Positions 1 through 11,545 of a stretch of DNA of 64,000 nucleotides are shown here, in pieces (position 1 is the stretch's first letter; every line of letters begins with the position of its first letter). The notes below the pieces were generated by a model that saw only the letters and a program-made list of their open reading frames with translations, ran no database searches and was not told the DNA's origin. The position numbers and the translations under genes were made by a program. Origin of the DNA: Spirochaetota bacterium (GTDB lineage: Bacteria; Spirochaetota; UBA6919; CBDBPB01); NCBI GenBank assembly GCA_965208615.1, contig CBDBPB010000004.1:1-64000 (forward strand). The letters are read 5' to 3'.

Positions 1-450
1 ATCCCTTAATTATCAGATATTATTTTTAGGTATGCCAAATTGAAAATATTAAAATCCTTTATTAAAAAATAATTATCCCCTTTAAAATAAATTTAAACTT
101 TTTTAGTCGTACTCCCCCCTGAGATTGTATTAGTAATTATTATAGCTTTTAAATAAAGAATTATTATAACAAATAGTAATAGATTTTAGTAAGTTTTAGA
201 AATATAAATTGCCCTAAAATACTTTTGATCTATACTATTAGAATAGTTACTAACAACAAGTATAAAAATAATCTTATAAATCATTTTTTTTTATACTTGT
301 TAAAACCGTTGTCGACAATATCATATATGCAAAATTAAATATATTTTATATATTTTTTATAAAAATAATACTATATGTTAAAAAATTTTATAAATTTCTT
401 AACTTAATAATCTTAATTTTTTAAAAATTAAACTATTTCGGAGAACTATA

Positions 451-1611
451 ATGGGTATTTGGATTGGAAGAGGCCGTAAAGCTAGATATGCATACGGATT
501 CGACGATATTGCACTAGTACCAGGAAGACTAACTATTGATCCCAATGACGTTGAGGTAAAATGGAAAATTAGAAATCTTGAATTTGATATACCCATTATT
601 GCCTCCGCTATGGATGGTGTTGTAGATACCAACTTTGCTATTAAAATGTCTCAGCTTGGGGGTGTGGCTGTACTAAATATCGAAGGACTACAAGTAAAAT
701 ATGATAGCCCAAAAGAGAAACTGCAACAAATAATAGATACCCCAAAAGACCTTGTTACAAACGTATTACAAGACATTTACAAAGAACCTATTAAAGAGCG
801 TTTAATAGTTAAAAGAATAGAAGAAATTAAAAATGCCGGTGCTATAGCCGCCGTATCCACTACACCAGGTAATGCAGAAAAGTTTGGAATGCTGGCTAAA
901 GAGGCAGGCGTGGACATATTTGTAATACAATCAACTGTAACAACTGTACAACACATTTCTTCACAGTATAAATCCCTTAACTTTAATAACTTTTGTAAAA
1001 AAATAGAAGTCCCAGTAATAGCTGGTAACTGCGTTACCTATGAAGCCTCTCTAGAACTTATGGAAACTGGAATTAACGGCATCTTAATTGGGGTAGGGCC
1101 AGGAGCGGCATGCACTACCAGAGAAGTATTAGGTATAGGAGTACCACAAATTACTGCTACTGCAGACGCCGCCGCCGCTAGAGACTCTTATTATAAACAA
1201 ACTGGACGATATGTATCCGTAATAACCGATGGAGGCATGAAAAGCGGTGGTGATTTTTGTAAAGCTATTGCTAGCGGAGCCGATTGCGTTATGATAGGTT
1301 CTGCATTTGCCAGATCTAAAGAGGCCCCTGGCAAAGGCTATCATTGGGGCATGGCTACTCCTAATATATTATTGCCCCGTGGAACAAGGATACACGTGGG
1401 TATAAGAGACTCGTTAAAAGAAATCCTATTTGGACCTACTAAATATGATGATGGCAGTCAAAATCTAATTGGTGCATTAAAAAACTCCATGGGGAGCTGT
1501 GGAGCAAAAAATATTAGAGAAATGCAAATGTGTGAACTAATTGTAGCTCCAAGTATTAGAACTGAAGGTAAAACTCTACAAAGAGATCAAAACGTTGGAA
1601 TGGGTAAATAA
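451..1611 (+). CDS. guaB: IMP dehydrogenase, short GuaB3-type (no CBS pair)
   Basis: YGFDDIALVPG, IASAMDGV, catalytic loop GVGPGAACTTR, ITDGG; 386 aa; directly upstream of guaA. Confidence 0.9.
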   Translation: MGIWIGRGRKARYAYGFDDIALVPGRLTIDPNDVEVKWKIRNLEFDIPIIASAMDGVVDTNFAIKMSQLGGVAVLNIEGLQVKYDSPKEKLQQIIDTPKDLVTNVLQDIYKEPIKERLIVKRIEEIKNAGAIAAVSTTPGNAEKFGMLAKEAGVDIFVIQSTVTTVQHISSQYKSLNFNNFCKKIEVPVIAGNCVTYEASLELMETGINGILIGVGPGAACTTREVLGIGVPQITATADAAAARDSYYKQTGRYVSVITDGGMKSGGDFCKAIASGADCVMIGSAFARSKEAPGKGYHWGMATPNILLPRGTRIHVGIRDSLKEILFGPTKYDDGSQNLIGALKNSMGSCGAKNIREMQMCELIVAPSIRTEGKTLQRDQNVGMGK

Positions 1612-1617
1612 AAACTT

Positions 1618-3150
1618 ATGGATAGAGAAACTATTGCTATACTAGATTTCGGTTCTCAGTATACTCAGCTTATCGCAAGAAAAATTAGAGAACAACGAGT
1701 ATATTGTGAAATCATGCCCTATAATACTACCCTCCATGACTTAACCGAAAAAGGAATAAGGGGTATAATTTTATCCGGAGGGCCAAATAGTATTTATGAT
1801 AATAATGCCATTAGCTGTTCGGTAGATATTTTAAATAGCAATATACCTATTTTAGGTATCTGCTATGGAATGCACCTTATAATTAGCGAACTTGGTGGAA
1901 AAGTTCAAAAATCCTTAAAACATGAATACGGTAAAACAGAATTAAATATTAATAGCTCTAACGATTTCTTTGGTCATCTGCCTCCCAACTTCACCGTCTG
2001 GATGAGCCATGGGGATAGTATTATATCTCTACCAAAAGGATTTAGCCCTATTGCATCCACTGAGAATACCAAATACGCGGCTATTCAAAAAAATAATATT
2101 ATTGGAGTCCAGTTTCACCCAGAAGTATCCCATACACAGTATGGAGAGAATATATTATCTAACTTCCTTTTTAAGATTTGTTCCCTTAGCGGAAACTGGA
2201 CAATGCATTCATTTGTAGATCAAACTATTAAAGAAATAAAAAATAAAGTTAAAAATAAAAAAGTTATATCCGCTTTAAGTGGTGGTGTGGACTCCTCAGT
2301 TACAACTGTATTACTACACAAGGCTATAGGTGATCAACTAAGCTGTATCTTTGTTAACAACGGATTACTAAGAAAAAGAGAAGAACATACCGTTAGAAGC
2401 GTCTTTGAAGACCACTTTGCCATAGATCTTCATGTCATAGACGCTAAAGAACGCTTTTTAAAAAAATTAAATGGTATTACTGATCCAGAAAAAAAACGTA
2501 AAATCATCGGACACGAGTTTATTGCTGTCTTTGAGGAAGAGGCTAATAAAATTGGTAAAGTTGACTATCTTGCTCAAGGAACCTTATATCCCGATATTAT
2601 TGAAAGCAGTCCCATTACAAATCCCTCTAGTACTATTAAATCCCACCATAATGTAGGCGGACTCCCAAATATTATGAACCTTAAGCTAATTGAGCCACTT
2701 AAAAACTTATTTAAAGATGAAGTTCGTCTTCTTGGGCTTGAATTAGGATTACCAGATCAGATGGTTTATAGACATCCTTTTCCTGGACCTGGTTTGGCAA
2801 TTCGTATATTGGGAGAGGTCAATGAAGAAAGATTAGAAATGCTACGAATGGCTGATGCCATAGCTATAGAAGAAATTAAAGAAAATAACCTCTATAGAGA
2901 CATCTGGCAGGGATTTGTAGTCCTGCTACCTATTAAAACCGTTGGTGTTATGGGAGATTCCAGAACTTATGAAAATGTTATGGCCTTAAGGGCTGTTAAT
3001 AGTAGTGATGGTATGACTGCTGATTGGTATCCCTTTCCTCATGAGGTTTTAGTGAATATATCAAACAGAATTATCAATGAAGTTAGAGGCGTTAATAGAG
3101 TGGTTTATGATATTACATCAAAACCTCCAGGCACTATAGAATGGGAATAG
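1618..3150 (+). CDS. guaA: GMP synthase (glutamine-hydrolysing)
   Basis: [34 protein letters not shown]-terminal KPPGTIEWE. Confidence 0.97.
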   Translation: MDRETIAILDFGSQYTQLIARKIREQRVYCEIMPYNTTLHDLTEKGIRGIILSGGPNSIYDNNAISCSVDILNSNIPILGICYGMHLIISELGGKVQKSLKHEYGKTELNINSSNDFFGHLPPNFTVWMSHGDSIISLPKGFSPIASTENTKYAAIQKNNIIGVQFHPEVSHTQYGENILSNFLFKICSLSGNWTMHSFVDQTIKEIKNKVKNKKVISALSGGVDSSVTTVLLHKAIGDQLSCIFVNNGLLRKREEHTVRSVFEDHFAIDLHVIDAKERFLKKLNGITDPEKKRKIIGHEFIAVFEEEANKIGKVDYLAQGTLYPDIIESSPITNPSSTIKSHHNVGGLPNIMNLKLIEPLKNLFKDEVRLLGLELGLPDQMVYRHPFPGPGLAIRILGEVNEERLEMLRMADAIAIEEIKENNLYRDIWQGFVVLLPIKTVGVMGDSRTYENVMALRAVNSSDGMTADWYPFPHEVLVNISNRIINEVRGVNRVVYDITSKPPGTIEWE

Positions 3151-3750
3151 CTATTTCGAATAGATTAGCTTTCCATTACTGTTATACTGCTTTTCTAATA
3201 CAATATTATCATTTTTATCATATTGGTATTCGCGCCACATTGCCAGTTTACCTTTTTCAAATAACTCCTCTTTTATTGGACGATTTTTTGCATCATAATA
3301 AGTCCACCATCCACTCGGCTGACCATTTTTATATCGCTTTTCTTTAATAGAGTATTTATCTACACCATATATATATATAACTGTATTAACAAGTTGTTTA
3401 TTTTTATAAATGCTCTCTCTAAGCTTTTTATCTTTTGAGTCATACTTAATAATAGACTTTAGCTCATTATTACTATAGTTGAATATCTTATAATAAATAT
3501 TTCTATTATGTTTAAAATACCCCTCTCTTATTGGATTATCATTTTCACTAAAAGTTACCTTATAATACTCTACCAAATTATCAATCTTATCAATGTTAAC
3601 CTCATTTACTCTATTCTCTTTCATATAATATTTAACTTTATAATACTGTCCTACATCCTTATTAGCCTTATAAAAATCATAACCCTTACTTTTATCATTA
3701 CAACCTATAATAATCATCATAAAAATATATACTACAATAAAGCCTCTCAT
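3151..3750 (-). CDS. Probable lipoprotein with MORN-variant/YwqK-like beta repeats
   Basis: ATG at 3750 preceded by GAGGA; lipobox-like IIGC after a hydrophobic stretch; YKNGQPSGWWTYY and FEKGKL repeats. Confidence 0.6.
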   Translation of the reverse strand: MRGFIVVYIFMMIIIGCNDKSKGYDFYKANKDVGQYYKVKYYMKENRVNEVNIDKIDNLVEYYKVTFSENDNPIREGYFKHNRNIYYKIFNYSNNELKSIIKYDSKDKKLRESIYKNKQLVNTVIYIYGVDKYSIKEKRYKNGQPSGWWTYYDAKNRPIKEELFEKGKLAMWREYQYDKNDNIVLEKQYNSNGKLIYSK

Positions 3751-4093
3751 AAAACTATCCTCGCTTTTATACATAAATTATAAATACATAGGTATAAAGT
3801 TAACTGAAATATTTTCTCTATAAAAAAAAACTTATATTATTTTAATATATATTGCTATACATTATTAAATTTATTAATAATAAATATAGTTGTCAAACTA
3901 AAGTCATATAAAGTCAAAATAAAGCATTTTATATTTTTAATAATATTAAGCTAATATTATTAAATTGCAACTCCAACTGCCTAAAAGATAAAGTCAATAA
4001 ATATTACCTCGTTTACCTCTTATAGTTGTCCATTATAAAATATTATCTTATATTTATTTTTTAACTACCGCTTGGTTATGGGAGAATATATTT

Positions 4094-5251
4094 TTGAAAA
4101 ACATAGCTATACTTGGTTCTACTGGTTCTATTGGCAAGAGTTCCCTTAAGGTTGTTAAACACCATCCCGATCTATTTAATATAGAAGTATTAACAACTAA
4201 CTCTAATATTGAAGAACTAAAAAACCAAATAAATATATTTAAACCCAAAAAGGTGGTTATTTGTAATAAGATAAAATATACAGAGTTTAAGAAAGACGTT
4301 AACTGTGCAAATATAAAAGTGTTATACGGTAGTGAGGGGTTAATAGAGGTTGTTAGGGATGATAATATTAACTTTATTATTAACTCCCTTGTGGGCTTTA
4401 CTGGGCTTATCCCAACAATAGAAGCTATAAAAAACAATAAAGATATTGCAATTGCCAATAAAGAGGCTATAGTAGTTGGGGGGGACATAATATTACCCCT
4501 TGCAAAAAAACATAATGTTAATATAATCCCAATAGACAGTGAACATAGTGCCTTATTATTTTTACTTAGATATAGTAAGAGGAGTGAGGTAAAAAAACTA
4601 ATTTTAACTGCCTCTGGCGGACCTTTTATAGATAAAAACAAAGAAGACCTCAAAAATGCAACACTAAATGAGGCATTAAACCATCCCACATGGAAAATGG
4701 GTAGAAAAATTACTATTGACAGCTCAACCCTAATGAATAAAGGATTTGAGGTTATAGAAGCTCATCACCTTTTTGGCTTCGACTTTAAGGATATTGATGT
4801 TATAATACATAGAGAATCTGTTATACACTCTATGATAGAGACTATTGACGGTGAAATATACGCTCAATTAGGACCAAGCGATATGAAGTTCCCTATTCAG
4901 AATGCTATGACCTATCCAAAGGTCTACCCTAATGATTATGATAAATTAAAACTTTGGGAAATTAAAAACTTATCATTTGATATGCCTGACCTTAATAAGT
5001 TCCCTCTTCTAAAACTTGCATATGAGGTTGGTAAAGAAGGTGGCACAATGCCAACAATACTAAATGCCGCTAATGAGGTTGCAGTATGGGCTTTCTTAGA
5101 AGGCAGAATTAAGTATTCTGACATAGTATTTTTAATTAATAAGGGTGTTGAAGAGCATAATAATATCCGATACCCTAATTTGGATGATATTATTGATAGC
5201 AACAATAAGGGGCGAGAGTCTACTTATAATCAAATAAAAAAACTAACTTAA
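4094..5251 (+). CDS. dxr: 1-deoxy-D-xylulose-5-phosphate reductoisomerase
   Basis: LGSTGSIG, ANKE, PIDSEH, HPTWKMGRKITIDS, NAANE; TTG start. Confidence 0.97.
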   Translation: MKNIAILGSTGSIGKSSLKVVKHHPDLFNIEVLTTNSNIEELKNQINIFKPKKVVICNKIKYTEFKKDVNCANIKVLYGSEGLIEVVRDDNINFIINSLVGFTGLIPTIEAIKNNKDIAIANKEAIVVGGDIILPLAKKHNVNIIPIDSEHSALLFLLRYSKRSEVKKLILTASGGPFIDKNKEDLKNATLNEALNHPTWKMGRKITIDSSTLMNKGFEVIEAHHLFGFDFKDIDVIIHRESVIHSMIETIDGEIYAQLGPSDMKFPIQNAMTYPKVYPNDYDKLKLWEIKNLSFDMPDLNKFPLLKLAYEVGKEGGTMPTILNAANEVAVWAFLEGRIKYSDIVFLINKGVEEHNNIRYPNLDDIIDSNNKGRESTYNQIKKLT

Positions 5252-5265
5252 AAAAAGGATTAATT

Positions 5266-6603
5266 ATGGACTATATTTTTGGACTATTATGGGCTCTATT
5301 AGGGCTTGGAGTATTAGTTTTCATTCATGAAATGGGACACTTCTTAATTGCCCGTCGTACTGGTATAGGAGTAGAGGCATTCTCTATCGGCTTTGGAGGG
5401 CCAATCTATCACTTTTATAAAAACGGTGTAGACTGGCGTATTGGGTGGATACCCTTTGGCGGCTATTGTAAGATGAAAGGGCAGGATGACTTTAAAGAGA
5501 CAACTACAAAAGGTGAGCCTGATGAGTTCTATGTTAGACCTCCATGGGCAAGGCTTTTAACTATTTTAGGCGGACCGGTTTTTAATATTGTTTTAGGCAT
5601 AATACTCCTAACTATAATCACCTACTTTGTAGGAGAAAAGATAATATTAAATGATAAGATAGTTATTAACCCCAAATATAAAGACGAGTTAAACCTTAAA
5701 AATAACGATATAATAAAAGAAATTGATGGTAAAAAAATAACTCTTTGGAATGATATAAAAAAGTTCCTGCTTATGGAGGGTATAGATAAAGAAAGCTATA
5801 TTTTTACTATAAAGCGTAAAGATAAGATAATTAATATAGAATACAACTTTGATAAAAATCATATGATCAAAGGTAATGTTGGCTTTTCTTTGGCTCATAA
5901 AGTTAAAATTAAAAAGGTTAACAATAATAGTCCCGCACAAAAAGCTGGACTCAAAATAAATGATATTATTACCCATATAGATGGTCAAGAAATAAACTCT
6001 ACTGCTAATATTCATTATATCCTAAATAAATCAAAAGAGAAGACTATAACCCATAAGTTTGCTATAGACAGAAAAGGGAAAAACATCGAACTTGATATAA
6101 CACCAAAACTAAGCAAATTACCTAACTCTAACGAAAAAAGAAAGCTAATTGGTATAATACTAGGACCTCACTTACTAAATACAAAAACTAAAAACTACTC
6201 CATATTAGAGTCCATACCAAAAGGTATAGAAAAAGGATGGAATATTATTACTCTCTTTCCTAAGCAATTTAAACTCCTATCGCAAGTAGATGGTGATACC
6301 CTAAAAGAAAGCATATCTGGTCCAGTAGGTATTATTGTACACATTGGTAAGGCTGGTAATAGGGGCTTTGCTGATTTTATAGTATTCATAGCAATAATTA
6401 GTATATTATTAGGAATATTTAACTTATTACCAATACCCGCAGTGGATGGGGGACATATAATACTAACCACTGTTGAAATGATAAGAAGAAAACCTTTTAG
6501 TCTTAAGTTCATTCAGCGTTTTCAGATGGTTGGCCTTTTTATTATACTGACTATCTTTGTTTTAGCTACTGCTAATGACATATCCAAGTTCATATTTAAA
6601 TAG
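5266..6603 (+). CDS. rseP: Site-2 membrane metalloprotease RseP with PDZ domains
   Basis: HEMGH zinc motif, FSIGFG, FNLLPIPAVDGG; follows dxr. Confidence 0.93.
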   Translation: MDYIFGLLWALLGLGVLVFIHEMGHFLIARRTGIGVEAFSIGFGGPIYHFYKNGVDWRIGWIPFGGYCKMKGQDDFKETTTKGEPDEFYVRPPWARLLTILGGPVFNIVLGIILLTIITYFVGEKIILNDKIVINPKYKDELNLKNNDIIKEIDGKKITLWNDIKKFLLMEGIDKESYIFTIKRKDKIINIEYNFDKNHMIKGNVGFSLAHKVKIKKVNNNSPAQKAGLKINDIITHIDGQEINSTANIHYILNKSKEKTITHKFAIDRKGKNIELDITPKLSKLPNSNEKRKLIGIILGPHLLNTKTKNYSILESIPKGIEKGWNIITLFPKQFKLLSQVDGDTLKESISGPVGIIVHIGKAGNRGFADFIVFIAIISILLGIFNLLPIPAVDGGHIILTTVEMIRRKPFSLKFIQRFQMVGLFIILTIFVLATANDISKFIFK

Positions 6604-6632
6604 TTAATATAAGTTAAGTTGGATAATAACCA

Positions 6633-7931
6633 TTGGATATACTAAGTGAGTCAATAAAGATTTTAAAGATTAACTCAGTCACCCAAACAGGTAATACTGA
6701 GTTAGTTTCTTATTTAAAAAGACTTATAAGCTCTATAGGGCTAAAAACTCAAGTTCAAAACTTTAGCTATTGTGGTGCTAAGCAACAAAACCTTATTGTA
6801 CGTATAGATGGGCAGTCCTCCAAAGAAGTACTGTTTAACACCCATTTAGATACCGTTAAACCAGGAAATTATAAAAACTGGACTAAAACAAATAATGATC
6901 CCTTTAACCCAACAATTGATAACGATAAAATATTCGGACTAGGTAGTGCAGACGTTAAGCTAGACTATCTTTGCAAGCTAAAAGCAATTATTAAGTATAA
7001 AAATCATAGGTTTAAAAACCCCCTTACTTTTGTGGGTACATTTGGTGAGGAGTTAGGCTTAATAGGTTGTCGTTTTTTTCTTGAGTCCAACTATGTTAGG
7101 CCTAATTATGTGTTTGTAGGAGAGCCTACTAGCCTTAATATTGTTTTTGCTCATAAGTCCATGATAACCATAAAGGTAGAACTGCCTATAACTAATAGTA
7201 TAAACTCTAACTCAATTAAAACCTTAACCTTTAAAGGTAAGTCTGCCCATGGTGGAACACCCTCCCTTGGACAAAATGCCATTATTATGGCGGTTAAAGA
7301 GCTAAAAAGCCTTAATCATGGTTTATTATCCATAAACGGAGGGGATAGTTTTAACCTTGTACCAGAATGGGCTAAGATTACTATTAGTAATTCCAAGTCT
7401 AATACGAAGGATAAAGTTATAGAGCTCTTTGATATATTCGCTAAACTGGGTAAAAAGCTCTATGAAGATAAAAATACTGATTATGATCCGCCATACTCTT
7501 TATTTAATATTGGGGTTATACGAACAGAAAATAATAAAATTATAACTGAAATTACCTTTAGACTATTACCCAATCATGAGTTTATGCCCATTTTTAATGA
7601 CATCCAAAATAAGCTTAGTGCTATTAATGCTAAAACTTTTATTGAGTGTAATCATCCAGCTCTAAGTACTGATGTCAATAGTTTTATAGTGACTAAATCT
7701 ATGGAACTTCTTAATGGTATTGGTATACACCCTTGTCTTACTACAAAACCAGCTCTAACTGAGGCTACTCTTTATCAACAATATGGTGCTGAGGCTATTG
7801 TATTTGGTCCAGGACACTCAACTAATAATATTCACAAGCCTAATGAGCATAATCTTATCTCTCACCTTAATAAGGCGGTATTATTTTATGAAAAAGTTAT
7901 AAACTCATTTTGTCTTAATGATATTCCTTAG
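6633..7931 (+). CDS. M20 family metallo-hydrolase (ArgE/DapE-like)
   Basis: NTHLDTV, GLGSADVK, GEELG, GEPT, GKSAHG, IHKPNE. Confidence 0.8.
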   Translation: MDILSESIKILKINSVTQTGNTELVSYLKRLISSIGLKTQVQNFSYCGAKQQNLIVRIDGQSSKEVLFNTHLDTVKPGNYKNWTKTNNDPFNPTIDNDKIFGLGSADVKLDYLCKLKAIIKYKNHRFKNPLTFVGTFGEELGLIGCRFFLESNYVRPNYVFVGEPTSLNIVFAHKSMITIKVELPITNSINSNSIKTLTFKGKSAHGGTPSLGQNAIIMAVKELKSLNHGLLSINGGDSFNLVPEWAKITISNSKSNTKDKVIELFDIFAKLGKKLYEDKNTDYDPPYSLFNIGVIRTENNKIITEITFRLLPNHEFMPIFNDIQNKLSAINAKTFIECNHPALSTDVNSFIVTKSMELLNGIGIHPCLTTKPALTEATLYQQYGAEAIVFGPGHSTNNIHKPNEHNLISHLNKAVLFYEKVINSFCLNDIP

Positions 7932-7992
7932 TATGGCTTTTTCTTGTTGACTAAGCACTTATAATTTAAACAGAAAATATGGCTTATACACA

Positions 7993-8021
7993 TTGACAAT
8001 TAAATAAGTTTTATTTACCTT
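7993..8021 (+). promoter_or_regulatory. Candidate sigma-70 promoter for dedA-asnS
   Basis: TTGACA (7993-7998), 17 nt, TACCTT (8016-8021); ATG of dedA lies 7 nt further on. Confidence 0.5.
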
Positions 8022-8028
8022 AAAGTTT

Positions 8029-8658
8029 ATGAATTCATCAACTATCATTGACAGCCTTCTAAAAACAATAGAACAGTTTGCTGAAACCTATCCCATATTA
8101 AGTTATATAATATTATTTTTGAGTGCTATTATTGAGAATATATTCCCACCAATACCCGGTGATACAGTAACAGTATTTGGTGCCTTTCTTGTTGGACGAG
8201 GTAAGTTAGACTATTTATTAGTTCTTATATCAACAACTATTGGTAGTACCATTGGATTTATGGGGCTTTTTTATATTGGGTATTACTTTGGCAGGGACTA
8301 CTTTATTAAAAAAGACTTTAAGTTCTTCTCTGTATCGGCTATTAACAAGACCAGTAAGTGGTTTACCAGATATGGATATCTAATTATCCTACTAAACAGG
8401 TTTTTAGCGGCAATTAGATCAGTTATATCCCTTACTGCTGGCATGGCTAAGATGCCCCATATTAGTGTATGGGTTTTGACCTTTATTGGATGCGCTATTT
8501 GGAATGGTTTATTGATTTATGCTGGATATTATCTCGGTGAGAACTGGTCAGATGCTGAGTATTACTTAAAGCAGTATAGTCAATTTATATTAGCTATTAT
8601 TATCCTTATTGTTTTATTTGTTATTATAAAACGGTGGAGGCGTAAAAAAACTGCATGA
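8029..8658 (+). CDS. dedA: DedA family membrane protein
   Basis: [25 protein letters not shown], hydrophobic helices. Confidence 0.9.
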   Translation: MNSSTIIDSLLKTIEQFAETYPILSYIILFLSAIIENIFPPIPGDTVTVFGAFLVGRGKLDYLLVLISTTIGSTIGFMGLFYIGYYFGRDYFIKKDFKFFSVSAINKTSKWFTRYGYLIILLNRFLAAIRSVISLTAGMAKMPHISVWVLTFIGCAIWNGLLIYAGYYLGENWSDAEYYLKQYSQFILAIIILIVLFVIIKRWRRKKTA

Positions 8659-9959
8659 AATGGGTATATATAAACGATATTGCTAAAAACGGTATTAATC
8701 TACTAAACCAAAAGGTTATATTAAAAGGATGGCTATATAACAAGCGTCATAAGGGAAAGTTATACTTTCTACAACTAAGGGATGGCACTGGTATTATACA
8801 ATGCGTTATTTTTAAAGGAGACGTGCCTAATGAGGTTTTTACTTTAGCGGATAGTCTAACTCAGGAATCCAGCATTGAGATTTATGGTATTGTAAAAGAG
8901 GATAAGCGTTCACCTTTGGGCTATGAGATTGGCGTTAGTGATATAAAACTTATTTCTTTATCTAATGACTACCCAATAACTCCAAAGGAACATGGTATTA
9001 GCTTTTTGATGGATCATAGACATTTATGGTTAAGGTCGTCAAAACAGCATGCTATTTTAACCACAAGGAATAAGTTAATTTGGGCTATAAGAGAGTATTT
9101 TGATCATAATGGTTTTACTTTGATTGATGCCCCTATTTTTACTCCTTCTGCCTGTGAGGGTACAACTAATTTATTTGAAGTGGACTACTTTAAAGATAAA
9201 GCATATTTAACACAAAGTGGTCAGTTATATATGGAGGCAGCGGCTAAGGCATTTGCTAAGGTATATTGCTTTGGACCAACGTTTAGGGCTGAGAAGTCCA
9301 AAACCAGGAGGCACCTAACTGAATTTTGGATGGTCGAACCTGAGGTTGCTTTTAATACCCTAGAAGATAATATCAATTTGGCCGAAGACTTCTTAGTTTA
9401 TATTATAGAAAAGGTTATTAACACATGCCATAAGGAGCTTAGCCTATTAGAACGTGATATTAGCCTATTAAAGAACGTTAAAAAGCCCTTCCCAAGACTA
9501 CATTATAAGGATGCGGTTAAATTACTTAATGAGCTTGGACAAAACTTTAGTCATGGACAAGACTTTGGTGCTGAGGATGAGACCATATTAACAAAACATT
9601 TTGATAGGCCTATTATTGTATATGGCTTTCCTTATAAGGTAAAGGCGTTTTATATGAAGAAATATGATAGTGAGCCTGAGTATGCAAAATGCGTTGATAT
9701 ATTAGCTCCAGAGGGCTATGGTGAGATCATTGGCGGTGGAGAGCGAGAAAGCGACTATAATACCTTAGTAAACTCTATTAAGGATCACGATCTTTTGCTT
9801 GAAGACTTTAAATGGTACCTCGATTTAAGACGATATGGATCTAGTCATTCTGCTGGGTTTGGTCTTGGTATTGAGCGGTGCCTATCCTGGATATGCGGTC
9901 TTAAACACGTTAGAGAGTGTATACCATTCCCCAGAACTATGGAAAGATTAACACCTTAA
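8655..9959 (+). CDS. asnS: Asparagine--tRNA ligase
   Basis: LRDGTG OB-fold, [39 protein letters not shown]. Confidence 0.95.
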   Translation: MKWVYINDIAKNGINLLNQKVILKGWLYNKRHKGKLYFLQLRDGTGIIQCVIFKGDVPNEVFTLADSLTQESSIEIYGIVKEDKRSPLGYEIGVSDIKLISLSNDYPITPKEHGISFLMDHRHLWLRSSKQHAILTTRNKLIWAIREYFDHNGFTLIDAPIFTPSACEGTTNLFEVDYFKDKAYLTQSGQLYMEAAAKAFAKVYCFGPTFRAEKSKTRRHLTEFWMVEPEVAFNTLEDNINLAEDFLVYIIEKVINTCHKELSLLERDISLLKNVKKPFPRLHYKDAVKLLNELGQNFSHGQDFGAEDETILTKHFDRPIIVYGFPYKVKAFYMKKYDSEPEYAKCVDILAPEGYGEIIGGGERESDYNTLVNSIKDHDLLLEDFKWYLDLRRYGSSHSAGFGLGIERCLSWICGLKHVRECIPFPRTMERLTP

Positions 9960-10066
9960 ATAACCCCTTATAAAACTTATAGTTAATAATGTTAAACTAC
10001 ATTATTTTAGTGGGGATCATAATAAAGGGATTTTATTAATCCATTTTAAATATACGGATAAAAATA

Positions 10067-11155
10067 GTGCCTGAAACAAGCCATAGTATAGCTTTTAACA
10101 ATGCACAAAATATGGATTTTATACCTGATAACTCTATCCAGCTAATTGTTACCTCTCCACCCTACCCTATGATTAAAATGTGGGATAACTTATTCTCTAA
10201 AGATAGCAAAGTCAAAAAAGCTCTTGATAATCATAATGGGAATACTGCCTTTGAGCTTATGCACAAAAGTCTTGATAAAGTATGGAAGGAGTGTTATAGG
10301 GTCTTAGAACCAGGGGGATTTGCTTGTATTAATATAGGCGATGCAACTCGTAAGATTGGTGATAATTTTAGGCTATATCCCAACCACTCTAGGATTACAA
10401 ATAGTTGTAATAAAATCGGTTTTACTAGTCTGCCTATAATATTATGGATAAAGCAAACTAACTTGCCAAATAAGTTTATGGGATCTGGTATGCTACCAGC
10501 TGGAGCTTATGTTACTTTAGAACATGAATATATTTTAATATTTAGAAAAGCTAATAAAAGAGAATTTAAAAAAAAGACTGATAAAGATAATAGACAGCAA
10601 AGTGCCCTTTTTTGGGAAGAAAGAAATACTTGGTTCTCAGATATATGGAACTTCAAAGGCGTTAAGCAAAACTTAACTAACGCTAAAATACGAAAAAGAA
10701 GTGGTGCATATCCTTTTGAGTTAGCCTATAGGCTTATAAATATGTATTCTGTTAAAAGAGATACTGTATTAGACCCGTTTTTGGGTACTGGTACAACCAC
10801 TATTGCGGCTATAGCTAGTGAAAGAAATAGTATTGGAATAGAGATAGACAAACACTTCAAAAGTGAGATTCTAAGTTCTATCAACTTAGCCTGCAAATAT
10901 ATGAACTCTTATATTAAAGATCGGCTGAATAAACATATATCTTTTGTAAAGCAATATAATAACAAAAAAATGAAGTATAAAAATAAACATCATAAAATAG
11001 AAGTTATAAGCAAACAAGAAATAAACCTTAAGTTTAATTTGATAAAAGAGATAAACTTAAAGCATAATAACATTATAGCATATTATCATGAAAAATGCTT
11101 AAATTCACATATCCCTTTTATAGATCATAATTCTACTAAAAAAATAATTAGTTAG
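10067..11155 (+). CDS. Beta-class N4-C/N6-A DNA methyltransferase (orphan)
   Basis: Catalytic VTSPPY precedes SAM-binding LDPFLGTGTT; no nuclease gene adjacent. Confidence 0.88.
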   Translation: MPETSHSIAFNNAQNMDFIPDNSIQLIVTSPPYPMIKMWDNLFSKDSKVKKALDNHNGNTAFELMHKSLDKVWKECYRVLEPGGFACINIGDATRKIGDNFRLYPNHSRITNSCNKIGFTSLPIILWIKQTNLPNKFMGSGMLPAGAYVTLEHEYILIFRKANKREFKKKTDKDNRQQSALFWEERNTWFSDIWNFKGVKQNLTNAKIRKRSGAYPFELAYRLINMYSVKRDTVLDPFLGTGTTTIAAIASERNSIGIEIDKHFKSEILSSINLACKYMNSYIKDRLNKHISFVKQYNNKKMKYKNKHHKIEVISKQEINLKFNLIKEINLKHNNIIAYYHEKCLNSHIPFIDHNSTKKIIS

Positions 11156-11164
11156 AGTTTTATA

Positions 11165-11545
11165 ATGAAGCATAAATATAGCATATTTTTTATATTACTT
11201 ATTATGGTTATGATAGTTAGCCCGACTAAGTCTTTTAGCTTAAAAAATACTATTATCGGCTTATGGAAGTTTGAAAGACAACTTGATGGTAGAAATAAAG
11301 ATATACCCCTTAGTCACTATATTACTTACGATTTCTATGAAGATGGAGATGTTATAATTAAAGATATGAAATGGAGAGAGCAATCCACTTTAAGATGGAC
11401 TTTATCTGGCTCTAGGCTAACAATCTATTATATATCTGGTGCTAAGTGGATGTATGGTAAGATTAACTTTATAAATAAAAATACTTTTATATATAAATTA
11501 CCTGTTAAAGATAAAATTATATCCATGGTTTTTAAGCGTATGTAG
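11165..11545 (+). CDS. Small secreted protein, lipocalin-like beta barrel
   Basis: Signal peptide; IIGLWK, FYEDG, WTLSGSRLTI patterns. Confidence 0.5.
   Translation: MKHKYSIFFILLIMVMIVSPTKSFSLKNTIIGLWKFERQLDGRNKDIPLSHYITYDFYEDGDVIIKDMKWREQSTLRWTLSGSRLTIYYISGAKWMYGKINFINKNTFIYKLPVKDKIISMVFKRM

Noticed and set aside
1-450. Purine riboswitch or ncRNA upstream of guaB
   Set aside because: Very AT-rich with no recognisable aptamer core; the TTGTCGACAA palindrome at 309-318 is not enough evidence
3151-3750. YwqK-like antitoxin of a toxin-antitoxin pair
   Set aside because: No toxin gene is adjacent; the lipoprotein signal and generic MORN-like repeats explain the similarity
4054-4689. Long antisense ORFs (for example 4054-4689, 14301-14843, 19308-19820, 60073-60489, 56731-56934)
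   Set aside because: Shadows of well-supported genes on the opposite strand, with no RBS or motifs
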